Source: a virus
Lineage: Duplodnaviria; Caudoviricetes
IMG/VR virus record: IMGVR_UViG_3300028591_000078
Span: 128,001-192,000 of that record
Reading direction: 5' to 3' (one strand)
Length of the DNA: 64,000 nt
The position numbers and the translations under genes are program-made. The notes beneath the pieces were generated by a model, which saw nothing but the letters and a program-made list of their open reading frames with translations, was not told where the DNA came from and ran no database searches. Below are positions 37,899 through 48,885 of this stretch, one piece after another (within the stretch, counting starts at the first letter, position 1; the number at the start of each line of letters is the position of its first letter).

Positions 37899-38315
37899 AT
37901 GGAACTTAGTAGAAAAACGGTAGATAAGGTATTGGGATTAAAAAAGACCTTTGATATCATAACAGATAAAAAACCAATTCGCCTAAAGTATGACGCCGAT
38001 TTGGTAAGTGATATCGAAGCTAAACTAAAGATCAGTATAGCATCTTATAAGAATACTGATGGTGATCTTATAATTATTACTATCGTCAAAATGTATTATG
38101 TAGATCATAGACTACTCTTTTTTAATATTAAGCTAAATGCAAATAATGGAGCATTTTTAATTGATCTTATTAGGCCCCGAAGGTATTGGTCTGGCCAGGA
38201 AGTAGTATTTTATGATAAAGATGATGTTCTTGATAAGATGAACTTTCTTACATCTCGGGAATTTGAAGATGTAAATAAAGCCATATTAGATCTGATGTCG
38301 AGCTACAAAGAATAA
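37899..38315 (+). CDS. Accessory paralogue family C, copy 4
   Basis: Same conserved termini. Confidence 0.75.
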   Translation: MELSRKTVDKVLGLKKTFDIITDKKPIRLKYDADLVSDIEAKLKISIASYKNTDGDLIIITIVKMYYVDHRLLFFNIKLNANNGAFLIDLIRPRRYWSGQEVVFYDKDDVLDKMNFLTSREFEDVNKAILDLMSSYKE

Positions 38316-38316
38316 A

Positions 38317-38352
38317 ATAATAAGGTAGGCGTAATGCCTACCTTATTTTTTG
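38317..38352. terminator. Bidirectional terminator
   Basis: AATAAGGTAGGC-GTAAT-GCCTACCTTATT between convergent genes. Confidence 0.8.
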
Positions 38353-38357
38353 TATAA

Positions 38358-41300
38358 TTATGAATGATAACCATACCAAGCGCCAGAAGGACAGTTAGTA
38401 GTCGTTGCCGCTGCAGTACCAGAAGCAAGATGTCTAAGAGCCTGAGTTCCGTATGCTGTAGAATGGTGATCATGTGATGCAGCCGCATATGCTGTAGAAG
38501 CAGTATATGCTGCAGATCCAAGTCCCTTAACAGCAACATTAGCACTAGTACCATTGGTATTTACACTAATTGTACCATTTGAAGAACCTGTAGCTATAGA
38601 TCTTACACCAGAGTTAGAGAAAGTTGTACCACTAAGAGATATACCAGTACCTGCAGAATAAGTGGTATTTGTATCAGTAAACTTCGGCGAAGATCCTACT
38701 GTAACGCCATTGATCTGTGTAACATTAAGGTTACCAGTAGAAGGATTAAAAGTCAAATTACTATTCTTTCTAGCTCCTTCTGTTCTAGTGGTGTTATCTG
38801 CTGTTACAGAAAACAGAACTTCATAGTTTGCATTTGTAGAAGTAGCTGTCTGAGTAACCGCATTATTAGTATTTGTATCAGCAGGAGTTGTAAATATAAT
38901 AGATTTACCACCAGCTGTAAGCTGATACTTAGTATTAGCGGCGAGGGATATAGAACTTGTACCACTAGAAGCGGCAAGAGCTATAGTATGGTCATGTCCA
39001 GTTGGAGCTGCACCTACTTCACTTGCAGTATATGTAGGCTTGGTAGATGCTTGCGCCCATGCATATACTGTAGGAATGTCTGATGTATAAGCAATTTTCT
39101 TCCAAGCTTCCCATGATGTTGTAGCACCTATACGATGGTAAAGGCCAGTATCATTGAAAGCTAATTCATGAGACTTACCACCAGAATTATCAGACCAACC
39201 TCTAAGGCCAATAAGATAAGAGTAAGTATCATCAGAAGGAGATCCTATTGTAGCCTTTGATTTAAGGCCCATAAATGTAAATGTATTGGAATAGCTATTA
39301 GGTGTTGTTGCAACATTTCTTTGATCTCCAATAGTTGCAAGACTATAATGTGTATGACTAGCGGCCGCGGCACCTATACTTGCTGGTGTATGACTATGAG
39401 ATGAAGCGGCATATGCTGTAGAGTCGGTATATGCTGCAGATCCAAGACCAAGTATAGTCTTTATATTTGCAAGAGAACTCTTTCTAAGATATCCATCAGA
39501 GTTAGCATATATAATATAGCTAGATGTAGTCGGAGTTTCTGCACCAGATGACTGGTTTAGATAAGTGGCAAATATATAACCACTAGAGGTACGCTTAACA
39601 AGTGTAGAATTTGTAGCACTATCTGAAATTGTAGGAAGATCAGTAATCTGAGATACTGTATGAGTATGACTTGCAGGTGCGGCATAACTAGACCAGTTAT
39701 TAGTGTCTAATAATGTAGCCCAACCAGACCAAGTTTTTTGATTCATATACCTATGACCAATGGTAAGACTATTATCATCAATATATATCTGATGACCATA
39801 AGAATCAGACCATGGTATATCTATTATCATACCATCTGTATAAGATCCACATACCGAATTAGATACTTTACAAGCAGTTACATATCCAGGATAATGGAAT
39901 GCATTTGCTGCATCAGCAGTTGTACATTGAGCTCTCATAGCCATTTCAGTATGATCATGTCTAGTAGGCGCAGCTCCAACTTCAGATGCAGTATAAGTAG
40001 GCTTTGTACTTGCTTTGGCCCACGCATATACATCACTTGCAGGCATAGATGACGGGAAATCTGTAATCTGAGACTTAGTATGAGTATGCCCTTTAAGTGA
40101 CGGAGGCTGAGCAGTTACAGTAGTCTGAAGAGTTGTAAGACTGGATACATTGCTTATTGTAAAGAGTCCTGCAAAATTATCTATCTGAGTATAGCCGTTA
40201 GTCACATTACTAATGGAAACACCAGTATAATCACCACCATCGAATCCTACCCAAAGATTATTAGCAGAATCGTATCCAAAGTATACATTAATAGCAGCAT
40301 TAGTAGAATCTCCTAATACAACTGCTGTTGGAGAATACCAATGACTGTTACCATACTGATATCCAGATATAAGTACAGATGTAGCTCTATAGCTCTGATA
40401 CAGGTTTACTACAAATGAAAGCATCCAAGAAGTAGTACTATTAATCTTTATCTTAATCTTAGTAGTATTGCCTGTTCCACCATAATGGAATTTATGAGTA
40501 TATACTGTATCATGGTTGTGACCAGATGTTGCAGCTCCTATATTTGCAGGAGTAACTCTCTGCCATGTATTATCGTTTCTAAGGAATATCGAATTATTAG
40601 CAGTCTGTGTATCAGGTACATGGTTACCATGTGAAGTAAGTGCATAATCACCAGCATTCTTAGTAACAATAGTACCAAAGGCACCTTTCTTACAATATTC
40701 AAGATTAGAACTCGTATCCGCATATGCACCATTCCAATATGCTAATGTATTAGAAGTAATCAGTATATTGTCTGCCGAAGTTGAAGTCCATCCTAATGGA
40801 CCGCCCTTAGTATTATTTCTAGCAGTTACATTAAATGTAGTTCCAGAGAGTGTCAAATGTGTACCAGCAGAATAAGTAGTATTATTATCAGCAGGCATAG
40901 TAAAGATATATGACTTACCGCCAGCTGTAATCTGATACTTGCCACCATGTGCCAGAGTAATCTGATTAGTTCCTGTAGATTCAGCGATACTTATAGCATG
41001 TGTATGGCCACTAGTAGCTGCATAACTACTATAGTTGCTTGTAGTCAGAACCTCATTGATATTCTTCCATGTAGTAGTATTACCTTTAGCACCATTAAAC
41101 AGGAACATTCTAGGAGCAGCATCTTGCTTAATTATACCTAAACCTGTAGACCACGGTACATCATTACCTGAATAAGTATCCATGAGCAAGCAGTCTGCAT
41201 AAGTCGGGAATCCAGAAAGACCCTTAGGATTATTCATCATAACGAATCTTACTGTTGCATTAGATACAGCAGAAGGTGTAAGCTGTCCACCATTACCAGA

Positions 41301-44300
41301 ATAAGTACCAGCTACATTAGTTGCAGGGCCACCAGCAGAAGCTGATCCAGCATAGTTATGCGTATGAGACTTAGGGGCATAAGCAGAATCATGGTTATGA
41401 GATGTTGGAGCAGCTCCAATATTACCAGGAGTAATATTGATAGTGCTAGCACTAGACTGGTTAGCAGTAAATGTGCCAAGACTTGTACCATTGCCCTGAA
41501 TAGTAAGTGTACCATTGTTTACGGTATAAGTATGATCTGTCCATGGTACATTAACAGCAAGATATCCAGACTTGTCTAAAACAACAGGATATATTCTGCC
41601 AGCAGTTTCTGTAGCAGCTGCTGAGTCATTTGTAAGGGCTGTTTCAGATTTGAGTTTTGTCTTAAATGTAGTTCCACTTAAAGTTAAACCAATACCAGCA
41701 GAATAAGTAGTGTTATTATCTGCAGGCATGGTGAATATATATGACTGACCACCAGCTGTAATAGCATACTTACCACCATGAGCAAGTGTAATCTGATTAG
41801 TACCAGTAGATGTAGCTATACTTATAGCATGCGTATGGTTACCCGGAGCTGCATCAGTTGCACCAGTACCAACAGGTCTCCATGTATTCGTATCAGCAGG
41901 AGTTGTAAAGATATACGACTTACCACCAGCAGTGAGCTGATACTTGGTATTAGCTGCAAGAGCTATTGAACTTGTACCACTAGAAGCAGCAATACTTATA
42001 TCATGAGTATGACCACTAGTAGCAGCTCCAATATTACCAGGAGTAATATTGATAGTGCTAGCACTAGACTGGTTAGCAGTAAATGTGCCAAGACTTGTAC
42101 CATTACCATGAATGGTAAGAGTACCATTGTTTACAGTATAAGTATGGTCTGTAGGTGTAGTGAATATAATACTCTGACCACCTGCAGTGAGTTTATACTT
42201 TGTACTCGGAGATAATGTAATAGTGCTTTCACCATTATCTGCAGCAAGTGCAATACTATGAGTATGACCAGTAGGAGCAGCTCCAATATTGCCAGGAGTA
42301 ATATTAATGGTACTATCACCTGCCTGGTTAGCAGTAAACGTTCCAAGACTTGTTCCATTACCCTGAATGGTAAGAGTGCCATTGTTTACAGTATAAGTAC
42401 TATTTACAGGTGTAGTAAAGATTATTGACTGACCACCTGCAGTAAGCTTATACTTTGTGCTAGGACTAAGAGTTATAGCACTGGTTCCAGAATCTGTAGC
42501 AAGTGTTATACCATGAGTATGATTACCATAAGCGGCATTGGAAGCTCCTGTGCCGAGAGCAGGGCTAGTAATAGTAATATTACCATTTGCATCACTAGTT
42601 ACAGTTGTTCCACCAGCACCAGCAATCTTTCTTCTATCTCTAGCAGTACCATTGTCGCAGATAATCAGATAAGTATTGCCATTAGTAGTTGCAGCATTTG
42701 CATTACCATCAGAAGCTCCAGCATAAAGATGTGAAGTCCAATGAGTATCTGCAGGTGTTGTAAATACATAAGAGGTTCCACCAGCAGTAATAGCATACTT
42801 TGTAGAAGCAGCCAGACTAAGCTGATTAGTTGCACTAGAAGCAGCTATAGATGTAGCATGAGTATGATTACCATAAGCTGCAGTAGTAGCAGATGTGCCA
42901 AGAGATGGCATTGTCATCGTAGTGGTACCCTTACCTGTTACATGACCCTGAGCATCATAAGATACTGTAGGAATGGTAAATGTATCGCCAAATGTAAGAG
43001 TCTTAGTAGCAGAACCAGATGCAGTGCCTGCAGTAATAGCATTAGTGTGCTGGAATGTCAAACCATCATCAGCAATTTCAATACCACCACCGGCAGCAAA
43101 TGTAGGAAGTGTAACAGTGGTTGTACCTTTACCAGTTACATGACCCTGTGCATCATAAGATACTGTAGGAATACTAAAACTTCCACCATTACCTATGGTT
43201 GCTGTAGCAGAACCACTAGCAGTACCAGCAGTAACGGCATTAGTATGCTGGAATGTCAAACCATTTAGCTTAATACCAGTATTAGCTGTATAGGTAGGAA
43301 TTGTTATAGTAGTGGTACCCTTACCTGTTACATGACCCTGAGCATCATAAGATACTGTAGGAATACTAAAGCTTCCGCCATTACCTATAGTTGCTGTAGC
43401 AGATCCACTAGCAGTGCCAGCAGTTACACTATTAGTATGGCTTATCTTATTGCTAGCTAAGCTTATACCTGTACCTGCTGTAATAGCTGTCGAAGATCCT
43501 ACATGGCCATGAGCTGTAATACCTATAGCATAGAGTGCTTCAGATTTAGCTGTAGTATTTCTAGCAGAATCTGTAGCATGTGTATATGCAACAGCACCTC
43601 TATCTCCACGATATGCTGTAGAAGATGTTTCACCGAGTGCAAGATGAGAACCAATCGGAATATATGATTCTCCACCCCAACGATACTGAGTATTAGTAGC
43701 CTTAGCTACATATATCTTACCCTCTTCACCAGTATCAGGGAAATCATCTACTGTATCAAAATTCAATACGTCATCATAAGATCCAGGTATCTGAGAACTA
43801 GGAATCTTACCAGAAGAATCCAGAGTAGCGATACCATTATTGGATCCCATCAATGCTGTAACTGTGCCGATAGCCTGTGCAACAGCCTTACCAGATGTAG
43901 GTGTTGTACCAGTACTGGAATAAGTATCGGTTGTATCCATGTATGCAGAAGATCCAAGTCCCTTAACTGCTACATTAGCACTAGTACCATTAGTATTTAC
44001 ACTGATAGTACCATTAGCTGTACCTGTAGCTATAGATCTTACACCAGAGTTTGTAATAGATGTTCCAGAAACTGTAACACCATTAGACCCAGTATAAGTA
44101 GGAAGTGTGATCTTAGTAGTACCCTTATCTGTAATATGACCTTGTGCATCATAAGTAATAGTAGGTATTTCAAAGTTTCCACCATTACCAAGTGTAGATG
44201 TAGCTGTACCAGAAGCAGTACCAGCAGTAATAGCATTAGTGTGCTTAAAATTCAGACCATCAAGCTTGATACCATCACCTGCACCAAACTTAGGTGTAGT

Positions 44301-46916
44301 AATAGTAGTAGTTCCCTTGGTAACTATATGACCATGCTTATCATAAGATATGGTAGGCATGCTAAAGCTTCCGCCATTACCTATAGTAGATGTAGATGTA
44401 CCAGATGCTGTACCAGCAGTTACATTATTTGTATGCATGAAGGTAAGACCATCTTCACCGATCTCGATACCACCATCAGCAGCATATTCAGGAAGGGTAA
44501 TCGTATTAGTTCCCTTTGCTGTAATATGACCCTGAGCATCATATGTAATAGTCGGAGTTGTGAAGCTACCACCATTAACAAGAGTGCTAGTAGCAGTACC
44601 CTGAGCAGTACCAGCAGTTATAGCATTAGTATGCTTAAAGGTAAGACCGTCTGTATCTATCTTAACACCATCACCAGCCTTAAATGTAGGCAGAGTCATG
44701 GTGGTTGTACCCTTAGCTGTAATATGACCTTGAGCATCATAATTTACAGTAGGCATATTGAAGCTAGCACCATTTGTGAGAGTCTTACTAGAAGATCCTG
44801 CAGCGGTACCAGCAGTTATTGCATTAGTATGCTTAAAGGTAAGTCCATCTTCATCGATTTCGATACCATCTGTAGCTGCATATTCAGGAAGAGTGATTGT
44901 ATTAGAACCACTACCTGTAACATGACCTTGTGCATCCCATGTAACAGTCGGAGTCGTGAAGCTACCACCATTTTCAATAGTGCTTGTTTCTGTACCCTGA
45001 GCTGTTCCAGGAGCTATAGCATTAGTATGCTTAAAGGTTAAGCCATCCGTATCTATCTTAACACCATCACCAGCCTTAAATGTAGGAAGTGTGATAGTAT
45101 TGGTTCCCTTTTCTGTTACGTGACCCTGAGCATCATAAGTAACAGTGGGTGTAGTAAAGCTTCCGCCATTAGCAAGTGTAGATGTAGCAGTACCCTGAGC
45201 AGTGCCTGCTGTAACAGCATTAGTATGCTTAAAAGTAAGACCGTCTGTATCTATCTTAATACCATCTCCTGCAGCATATGTAGGATTGGTTATAGTAGTT
45301 TTACCATGTGCAGTTACATGACCCTGATCATCCCAAGTAACAGTAGGAATATCAAAGCTTCCACCATTAGCAAGAGTGCTAGTAGCAGATCCAGATGCTG
45401 TTCCAGTACCTACAGCATTAGTATGCTTAAAGGTCAGGCCATCAGTATCTATTTCAATACCATCTGTAGCTGCATATTCAGGAAGCGTAACAGTAGTGCT
45501 AGCATTGCCAGTTACATGACCATGCTTATCCCAAGTAACAGTAGGAAGATCTATAGTACCACCATTCTCTATGGTAACACCTTCAGAACCCTTAGCTGTA
45601 CCAGGAGTTACATTGTTAGTGTGCTTGAAAGTAAGCCCATCGGTATCTATTTTAATACCATCGTCTGCAGCAAATGTAGGAAGTGTAACAGTTGTTTTAC
45701 CCTTAGCAGTAACATGACCATGCTTATCATAAGATACTGTAGGAATATCAAAACTATCACCATTATCTGCAGTAAATGTAGCAGATCCAGATGCAGTGTC
45801 TGGAGTTACATTATTAGTATGCTTAAATGTAAGTCCATCAGTGTCAATCTTAACACCATCATCAGCTGCAAATGTAGGAAGTGTAATAGTATGTGTACCC
45901 TTACCAGTTACATGTCCCTGAGCATCGTAGCTAACTGTAGGTGTGGTGAAACTTCCACCATTAATAAGCGTACTTGTATCTGTACCTTCAGCAGTACCAG
46001 CAGTAATAGCATTAGTATGCTTAAATGTAAGTCCATCTTCATCAATTTTGATACCATCAGATGCAGCAAACTCAGGAAGAGTTACTGTAGTGGTACCCTT
46101 GCCAGTTACATGACCCTGAGCATCATAGCTAACTGTGGGTATATCAAAGCTATCACCATTCTCTGCAGTAAAGGTATCAGAACCCTTAGCCGTAGAAGGG
46201 CTAATAGCATTAGTATGAGATATCAGAGTTCCACCAGTAACCTGAATACCATTGTTTGCAGAATATGTAGGCAAGGTCATGGTGGTTGTACCCTTATCTA
46301 TAATATGACCCTGAGCATCATATCTTACTGCAGGAATCTGGAAAGATCCACCATTGCCAAGTGTAGTAGTTGCACTACCCTGAGCAACGCCAGGTTCAAT
46401 AGCATTAGTATGCTTGATCTTATTGGTATTATCCATAGTAATGCCATCGCCCAGAGTTACAGCTTCTACTTCATGTACATGACCATGTGAAGATGTAGAC
46501 ATCTTATACAGATTCATAGGCATAGCAGTATGAATCTGATCAGGGTCATCAGTATGACTATCAGAATCTCCAGAAGATGATACTAAGATCTTACCAGTAG
46601 CATCAGAAGTTACAGTTACATTACCAGCACCAACAATAGGTACTTCAGTAATAGGATTATCAAATACAGTTTCTAATCTAAGACCAGCTTCACCATTAGT
46701 AGCGTTAGCTTTCTTAGATACAAGGTTATACAGATCCATTGTAGTGAGACGTTCTGCAACAGAAGTATCTACTCCATAGTCTTCCCCATCAGGATCCGGT
46801 ACTATCTTATAATTGGTAGCATTCAGCGGAGTAATTTCTCCAGCTTCGATTTTTCTCTTCCATTCACTAATGGTTATAGTAACCCTAGTGGACTCAGAGA
46901 GGTTCTCGCCAGCCAT
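38358..46916 (-). CDS. Giant tail fibre protein (2852 aa)
   Basis: T/G/A/S-rich; HTH/HNH metal-binding fibre motifs; NGIATLDSSGKIP motif; 66-aa repeats. Confidence 0.85.
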   Translation of the reverse strand: MAGENLSESTRVTITISEWKRKIEAGEITPLNATNYKIVPDPDGEDYGVDTSVAERLTTMDLYNLVSKKANATNGEAGLRLETVFDNPITEVPIVGAGNVTVTSDATGKILVSSSGDSDSHTDDPDQIHTAMPMNLYKMSTSSHGHVHEVEAVTLGDGITMDNTNKIKHTNAIEPGVAQGSATTTLGNGGSFQIPAVRYDAQGHIIDKGTTTMTLPTYSANNGIQVTGGTLISHTNAISPSTAKGSDTFTAENGDSFDIPTVSYDAQGHVTGKGTTTVTLPEFAASDGIKIDEDGLTFKHTNAITAGTAEGTDTSTLINGGSFTTPTVSYDAQGHVTGKGTHTITLPTFAADDGVKIDTDGLTFKHTNNVTPDTASGSATFTADNGDSFDIPTVSYDKHGHVTAKGKTTVTLPTFAADDGIKIDTDGLTFKHTNNVTPGTAKGSEGVTIENGGTIDLPTVTWDKHGHVTGNASTTVTLPEYAATDGIEIDTDGLTFKHTNAVGTGTASGSATSTLANGGSFDIPTVTWDDQGHVTAHGKTTITNPTYAAGDGIKIDTDGLTFKHTNAVTAGTAQGTATSTLANGGSFTTPTVTYDAQGHVTEKGTNTITLPTFKAGDGVKIDTDGLTFKHTNAIAPGTAQGTETSTIENGGSFTTPTVTWDAQGHVTGSGSNTITLPEYAATDGIEIDEDGLTFKHTNAITAGTAAGSSSKTLTNGASFNMPTVNYDAQGHITAKGTTTMTLPTFKAGDGVKIDTDGLTFKHTNAITAGTAQGTATSTLVNGGSFTTPTITYDAQGHITAKGTNTITLPEYAADGGIEIGEDGLTFMHTNNVTAGTASGTSTSTIGNGGSFSMPTISYDKHGHIVTKGTTTITTPKFGAGDGIKLDGLNFKHTNAITAGTASGTATSTLGNGGNFEIPTITYDAQGHITDKGTTKITLPTYTGSNGVTVSGTSITNSGVRSIATGTANGTISVNTNGTSANVAVKGLGSSAYMDTTDTYSSTGTTPTSGKAVAQAIGTVTALMGSNNGIATLDSSGKIPSSQIPGSYDDVLNFDTVDDFPDTGEEGKIYVAKATNTQYRWGGESYIPIGSHLALGETSSTAYRGDRGAVAYTHATDSARNTTAKSEALYAIGITAHGHVGSSTAITAGTGISLASNKISHTNSVTAGTASGSATATIGNGGSFSIPTVSYDAQGHVTGKGTTTITIPTYTANTGIKLNGLTFQHTNAVTAGTASGSATATIGNGGSFSIPTVSYDAQGHVTGKGTTTVTLPTFAAGGGIEIADDGLTFQHTNAITAGTASGSATKTLTFGDTFTIPTVSYDAQGHVTGKGTTTMTMPSLGTSATTAAYGNHTHATSIAASSATNQLSLAASTKYAITAGGTSYVFTTPADTHWTSHLYAGASDGNANAATTNGNTYLIICDNGTARDRRKIAGAGGTTVTSDANGNITITSPALGTGASNAAYGNHTHGITLATDSGTSAITLSPSTKYKLTAGGQSIIFTTPVNSTYTVNNGTLTIQGNGTSLGTFTANQAGDSTINITPGNIGAAPTGHTHSIALAADNGESTITLSPSTKYKLTAGGQSIIFTTPTDHTYTVNNGTLTIHGNGTSLGTFTANQSSASTINITPGNIGAATSGHTHDISIAASSGTSSIALAANTKYQLTAGGKSYIFTTPADTNTWRPVGTGATDAAPGNHTHAISIATSTGTNQITLAHGGKYAITAGGQSYIFTMPADNNTTYSAGIGLTLSGTTFKTKLKSETALTNDSAAATETAGRIYPVVLDKSGYLAVNVPWTDHTYTVNNGTLTIQGNGTSLGTFTANQSSASTINITPGNIGAAPTSHNHDSAYAPKSHTHNYAGSASAGGPATNVAGTYSGNGGQLTPSAVSNATVRFVMMNNPKGLSGFPTYADCLLMDTYSGNDVPWSTGLGIIKQDAAPRMFLFNGAKGNTTTWKNINEVLTTSNYSSYAATSGHTHAISIAESTGTNQITLAHGGKYQITAGGKSYIFTMPADNNTTYSAGTHLTLSGTTFNVTARNNTKGGPLGWTSTSADNILITSNTLAYWNGAYADTSSNLEYCKKGAFGTIVTKNAGDYALTSHGNHVPDTQTANNSIFLRNDNTWQRVTPANIGAATSGHNHDTVYTHKFHYGGTGNTTKIKIKINSTTSWMLSFVVNLYQSYRATSVLISGYQYGNSHWYSPTAVVLGDSTNAAINVYFGYDSANNLWVGFDGGDYTGVSISNVTNGYTQIDNFAGLFTISNVSSLTTLQTTVTAQPPSLKGHTHTKSQITDFPSSMPASDVYAWAKASTKPTYTASEVGAAPTRHDHTEMAMRAQCTTADAANAFHYPGYVTACKVSNSVCGSYTDGMIIDIPWSDSYGHQIYIDDNSLTIGHRYMNQKTWSGWATLLDTNNWSSYAAPASHTHTVSQITDLPTISDSATNSTLVKRTSSGYIFATYLNQSSGAETPTTSSYIIYANSDGYLRKSSLANIKTILGLGSAAYTDSTAYAASSHSHTPASIGAAAASHTHYSLATIGDQRNVATTPNSYSNTFTFMGLKSKATIGSPSDDTYSYLIGLRGWSDNSGGKSHELAFNDTGLYHRIGATTSWEAWKKIAYTSDIPTVYAWAQASTKPTYTASEVGAAPTGHDHTIALAASSGTSSISLAANTKYQLTAGGKSIIFTTPADTNTNNAVTQTATSTNANYEVLFSVTADNTTRTEGARKNSNLTFNPSTGNLNVTQINGVTVGSSPKFTDTNTTYSAGTGISLSGTTFSNSGVRSIATGSSNGTISVNTNGTSANVAVKGLGSAAYTASTAYAAASHDHHSTAYGTQALRHLASGTAAATTTNCPSGAWYGYHS
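42900..46415 (-). repeat. 15 copies (12+3) of a 66-aa (198-bp) intragenic tail fibre repeat
   Basis: HTNA.TAGTA.G....NGGSF..PTV.YDAQGH.T.KGT; GCATTAGT recurs at 198-bp spacing (44821, 45019, 45217, 45415). Confidence 0.85.
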
Positions 46917-46998
46917 ATAATATTCCTCCTTAAAATTTTTTATTAATTATATGTGGAAAAGCCACGGCATGCATTTTGCACGCCGTGGTTTGTATATA

Positions 46999-47784
46999 TT
47001 AAGCCGATTTAAGGTCTTTAAGTAATACCCAGCTATACAGCTCTTTAATGAGCGCTTTTTCTCCACTAACTTTAGTAATTGTATAAGTAATCTTATCACC
47101 CTTATATGCTGTAGGTATTCTAGTAGATATACCAGCATATGTAGTAGCAGTAGATAAAATCTTAACCCTATCATTAGCTTTGAACTTAGCTTTTGGTGTA
47201 ACACTAGGTACTGTAGGTACAGTTTTAGGTGTGGTGTCTATGAGACCTCTAACTCCCGCTATGATCTTATCATAAGGGAATTGTTTTCCAGGACACGCTG
47301 CTCTGGTTATAGGATCTATTTCACAATGTCCGATGAAATGATCCCTATCATATTTTGGAGTAACTCCATGCATCTTCATATTGGGTATAATGACTTCTTT
47401 GATCAGCTCAACTGCAGCATGAATCTGAGCATCATTAATATTTCCCCACTGACAATGCACGAACTCCATTGAGTAGGTGAAATAGTTAGCATTTGTTTTT
47501 CTTGCTTTGACAAGCCTACTTGTAGCCAAACCATAGTAAAGTTTCTGACCAGGTGTCGTTCGAGTGCCGTTGCAGTAAGCGGCATTGTTTGGATTAACAA
47601 GCTGATATATAGTGCCGTCTACATCTATTACCCAGTTAGGACTGCACTGTGCATTAGGATTAAGGTACCATTTTAATGCACCTTCTAAACTGGTAGTGCC
47701 AGTCTGATGAAAGACAATTACATCAGCCTTCCATCCATTTCGCCCATTATAGTGATTTGGGCTATTGAGATATTTTATTTTCAT
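46999..47784 (-). CDS. Endolysin, N-acetylmuramoyl-L-alanine amidase (Amidase_2) with SH3-like C-terminal domain
   Basis: IVFHQT, SMEF, IGHCEI, ACPG; TVP linker. Confidence 0.88.
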   Translation of the reverse strand: MKIKYLNSPNHYNGRNGWKADVIVFHQTGTTSLEGALKWYLNPNAQCSPNWVIDVDGTIYQLVNPNNAAYCNGTRTTPGQKLYYGLATSRLVKARKTNANYFTYSMEFVHCQWGNINDAQIHAAVELIKEVIIPNMKMHGVTPKYDRDHFIGHCEIDPITRAACPGKQFPYDKIIAGVRGLIDTTPKTVPTVPSVTPKAKFKANDRVKILSTATTYAGISTRIPTAYKGDKITYTITKVSGEKALIKELYSWVLLKDLKSA

Positions 47785-48109
47785 CTTTTTTAGTTCCTCC
47801 TTCTAAGTATGCCGCAACCTTGGAGTTACTATCTTTTATAGCATTCATTTGTTTAAGTGCATGGTTAACCCACATAGAGAATATAAAGAACGGAAAAATA
47901 GAGGCGATGACGGGGAACTTTTTGATAAATAAGTCGTATACCATACGAAGCTTAATTTTACCAGTTCCCCCACCCATCTCTTTTTCCGATACTGTACATG
48001 CATAGATTAACCATTGATGTATTTTGGAGCCATTAGTTATAGATAAGTACCCAAGGAGGACAGCTAATATATATGGCCAGTTCTCCTGAAGAAACTCACC
48101 TATAGTCAT
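47762..48109 (-). CDS. Holin-like protein
   Basis: N-terminal TM helix; EK..G.GTG.IK...VYD motif typical of Firmicutes phage holins. Confidence 0.65.
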   Translation of the reverse strand: MTIGEFLQENWPYILAVLLGYLSITNGSKIHQWLIYACTVSEKEMGGGTGKIKLRMVYDLFIKKFPVIASIFPFFIFSMWVNHALKQMNAIKDSNSKVAAYLEGGTKKDENKISQ

Positions 48110-48482
48110 AGTCGTCTCCTCCATCATTATTATAAAGATTATTCTGATCAAATTCAGAATTCTCATTATTCATTTCATTCTGAAGTTTCTGCTCTTCGAG
48201 TTCTATCCCCAGAATTTTTGTAGAAGTATATGCTCTAACACTATTTTGTACTGCATAGCTAACGAACGATACACCACTTGTACCCCAGAGGGTTTGAATA
48301 ATTGCAACAGCAATCTCTGATACAGGATTCTTATCAAAAAATGCAAGTACATAAGATGCTATTGTAAATATACAAGATATTGCAATCACAGATATGAGCC
48401 ACTTTTTAGAGAACTCCATCTTGTTCTTGTTAGTCCTGAAATCAGTGTTCGAATCTGCTGGTCTTTTACTATAATCAGCCAT
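48096..48482 (-). CDS. Two-TM membrane protein (holin-like)
   Basis: MEFSKKW followed by two hydrophobic helices; in the lysis cassette. Confidence 0.6.
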   Translation of the reverse strand: MADYSKRPADSNTDFRTNKNKMEFSKKWLISVIAISCIFTIASYVLAFFDKNPVSEIAVAIIQTLWGTSGVSFVSYAVQNSVRAYTSTKILGIELEEQKLQNEMNNENSEFDQNNLYNNDGGDDYDYR

Positions 48483-48726
48483 GATCGTGATACCTCTTAT
48501 CCAGGTCCGAAAACTTTTCCTTGAGGGTTCTAAGTTCAAGATCGTAGAGTTTGTTTTCCTCTTCCACCTTGTACATTCTCTCAACAAGATTATTATGCTT
48601 GTCAACTTTCTTTTCTAGCTGCTCAATACGATAATTACTTAACTTAGAGCTCACCATAATTCCTACAAAGGTCGAAACAAGTGAGCAACTTCCAGCAATC
48701 AATGCAGAAATAACTACAGGATCCAT
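48475..48726 (-). CDS. Holin/XhlA-like membrane protein
   Basis: N-terminal TM helix + YRIEQLEKKVDKHNNLVER coiled coil. Confidence 0.7.
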   Translation of the reverse strand: MDPVVISALIAGSCSLVSTFVGIMVSSKLSNYRIEQLEKKVDKHNNLVERMYKVEEENKLYDLELRTLKEKFSDLDKRYHDHG

Positions 48727-48759
48727 TGGATGTCACCACCTTTAATTATTTTATATGAC

Positions 48760-48885
48760 TTAGGCTTCTTCCTTAAAGCCTATAAGTCTCTTGTGTTCTT
48801 TAACGCGCTTGTTTATATGCGCTACTGAGATCAGAGTCCCTAGAACAGCTCCGAATCCAGAGCAAATAGAAATAATAGCCATCAT
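48760..48885 (-). CDS. Small single-TM protein (41 aa MMAIISICSGFG...), not in ORF track
   Basis: RBS-like AAGGGTGGTG; hydrophobic N-terminus and basic tail. Confidence 0.5.
   Translation of the reverse strand: MMAIISICSGFGAVLGTLISVAHINKRVKEHKRLIGFKEEA

Noticed and set aside
44136-46490. Long + strand ORFs of 301 and 456 aa
   Set aside because: Antisense shadows of the repetitive tail fibre gene; Ser/Cys/Ile-rich, no RBS
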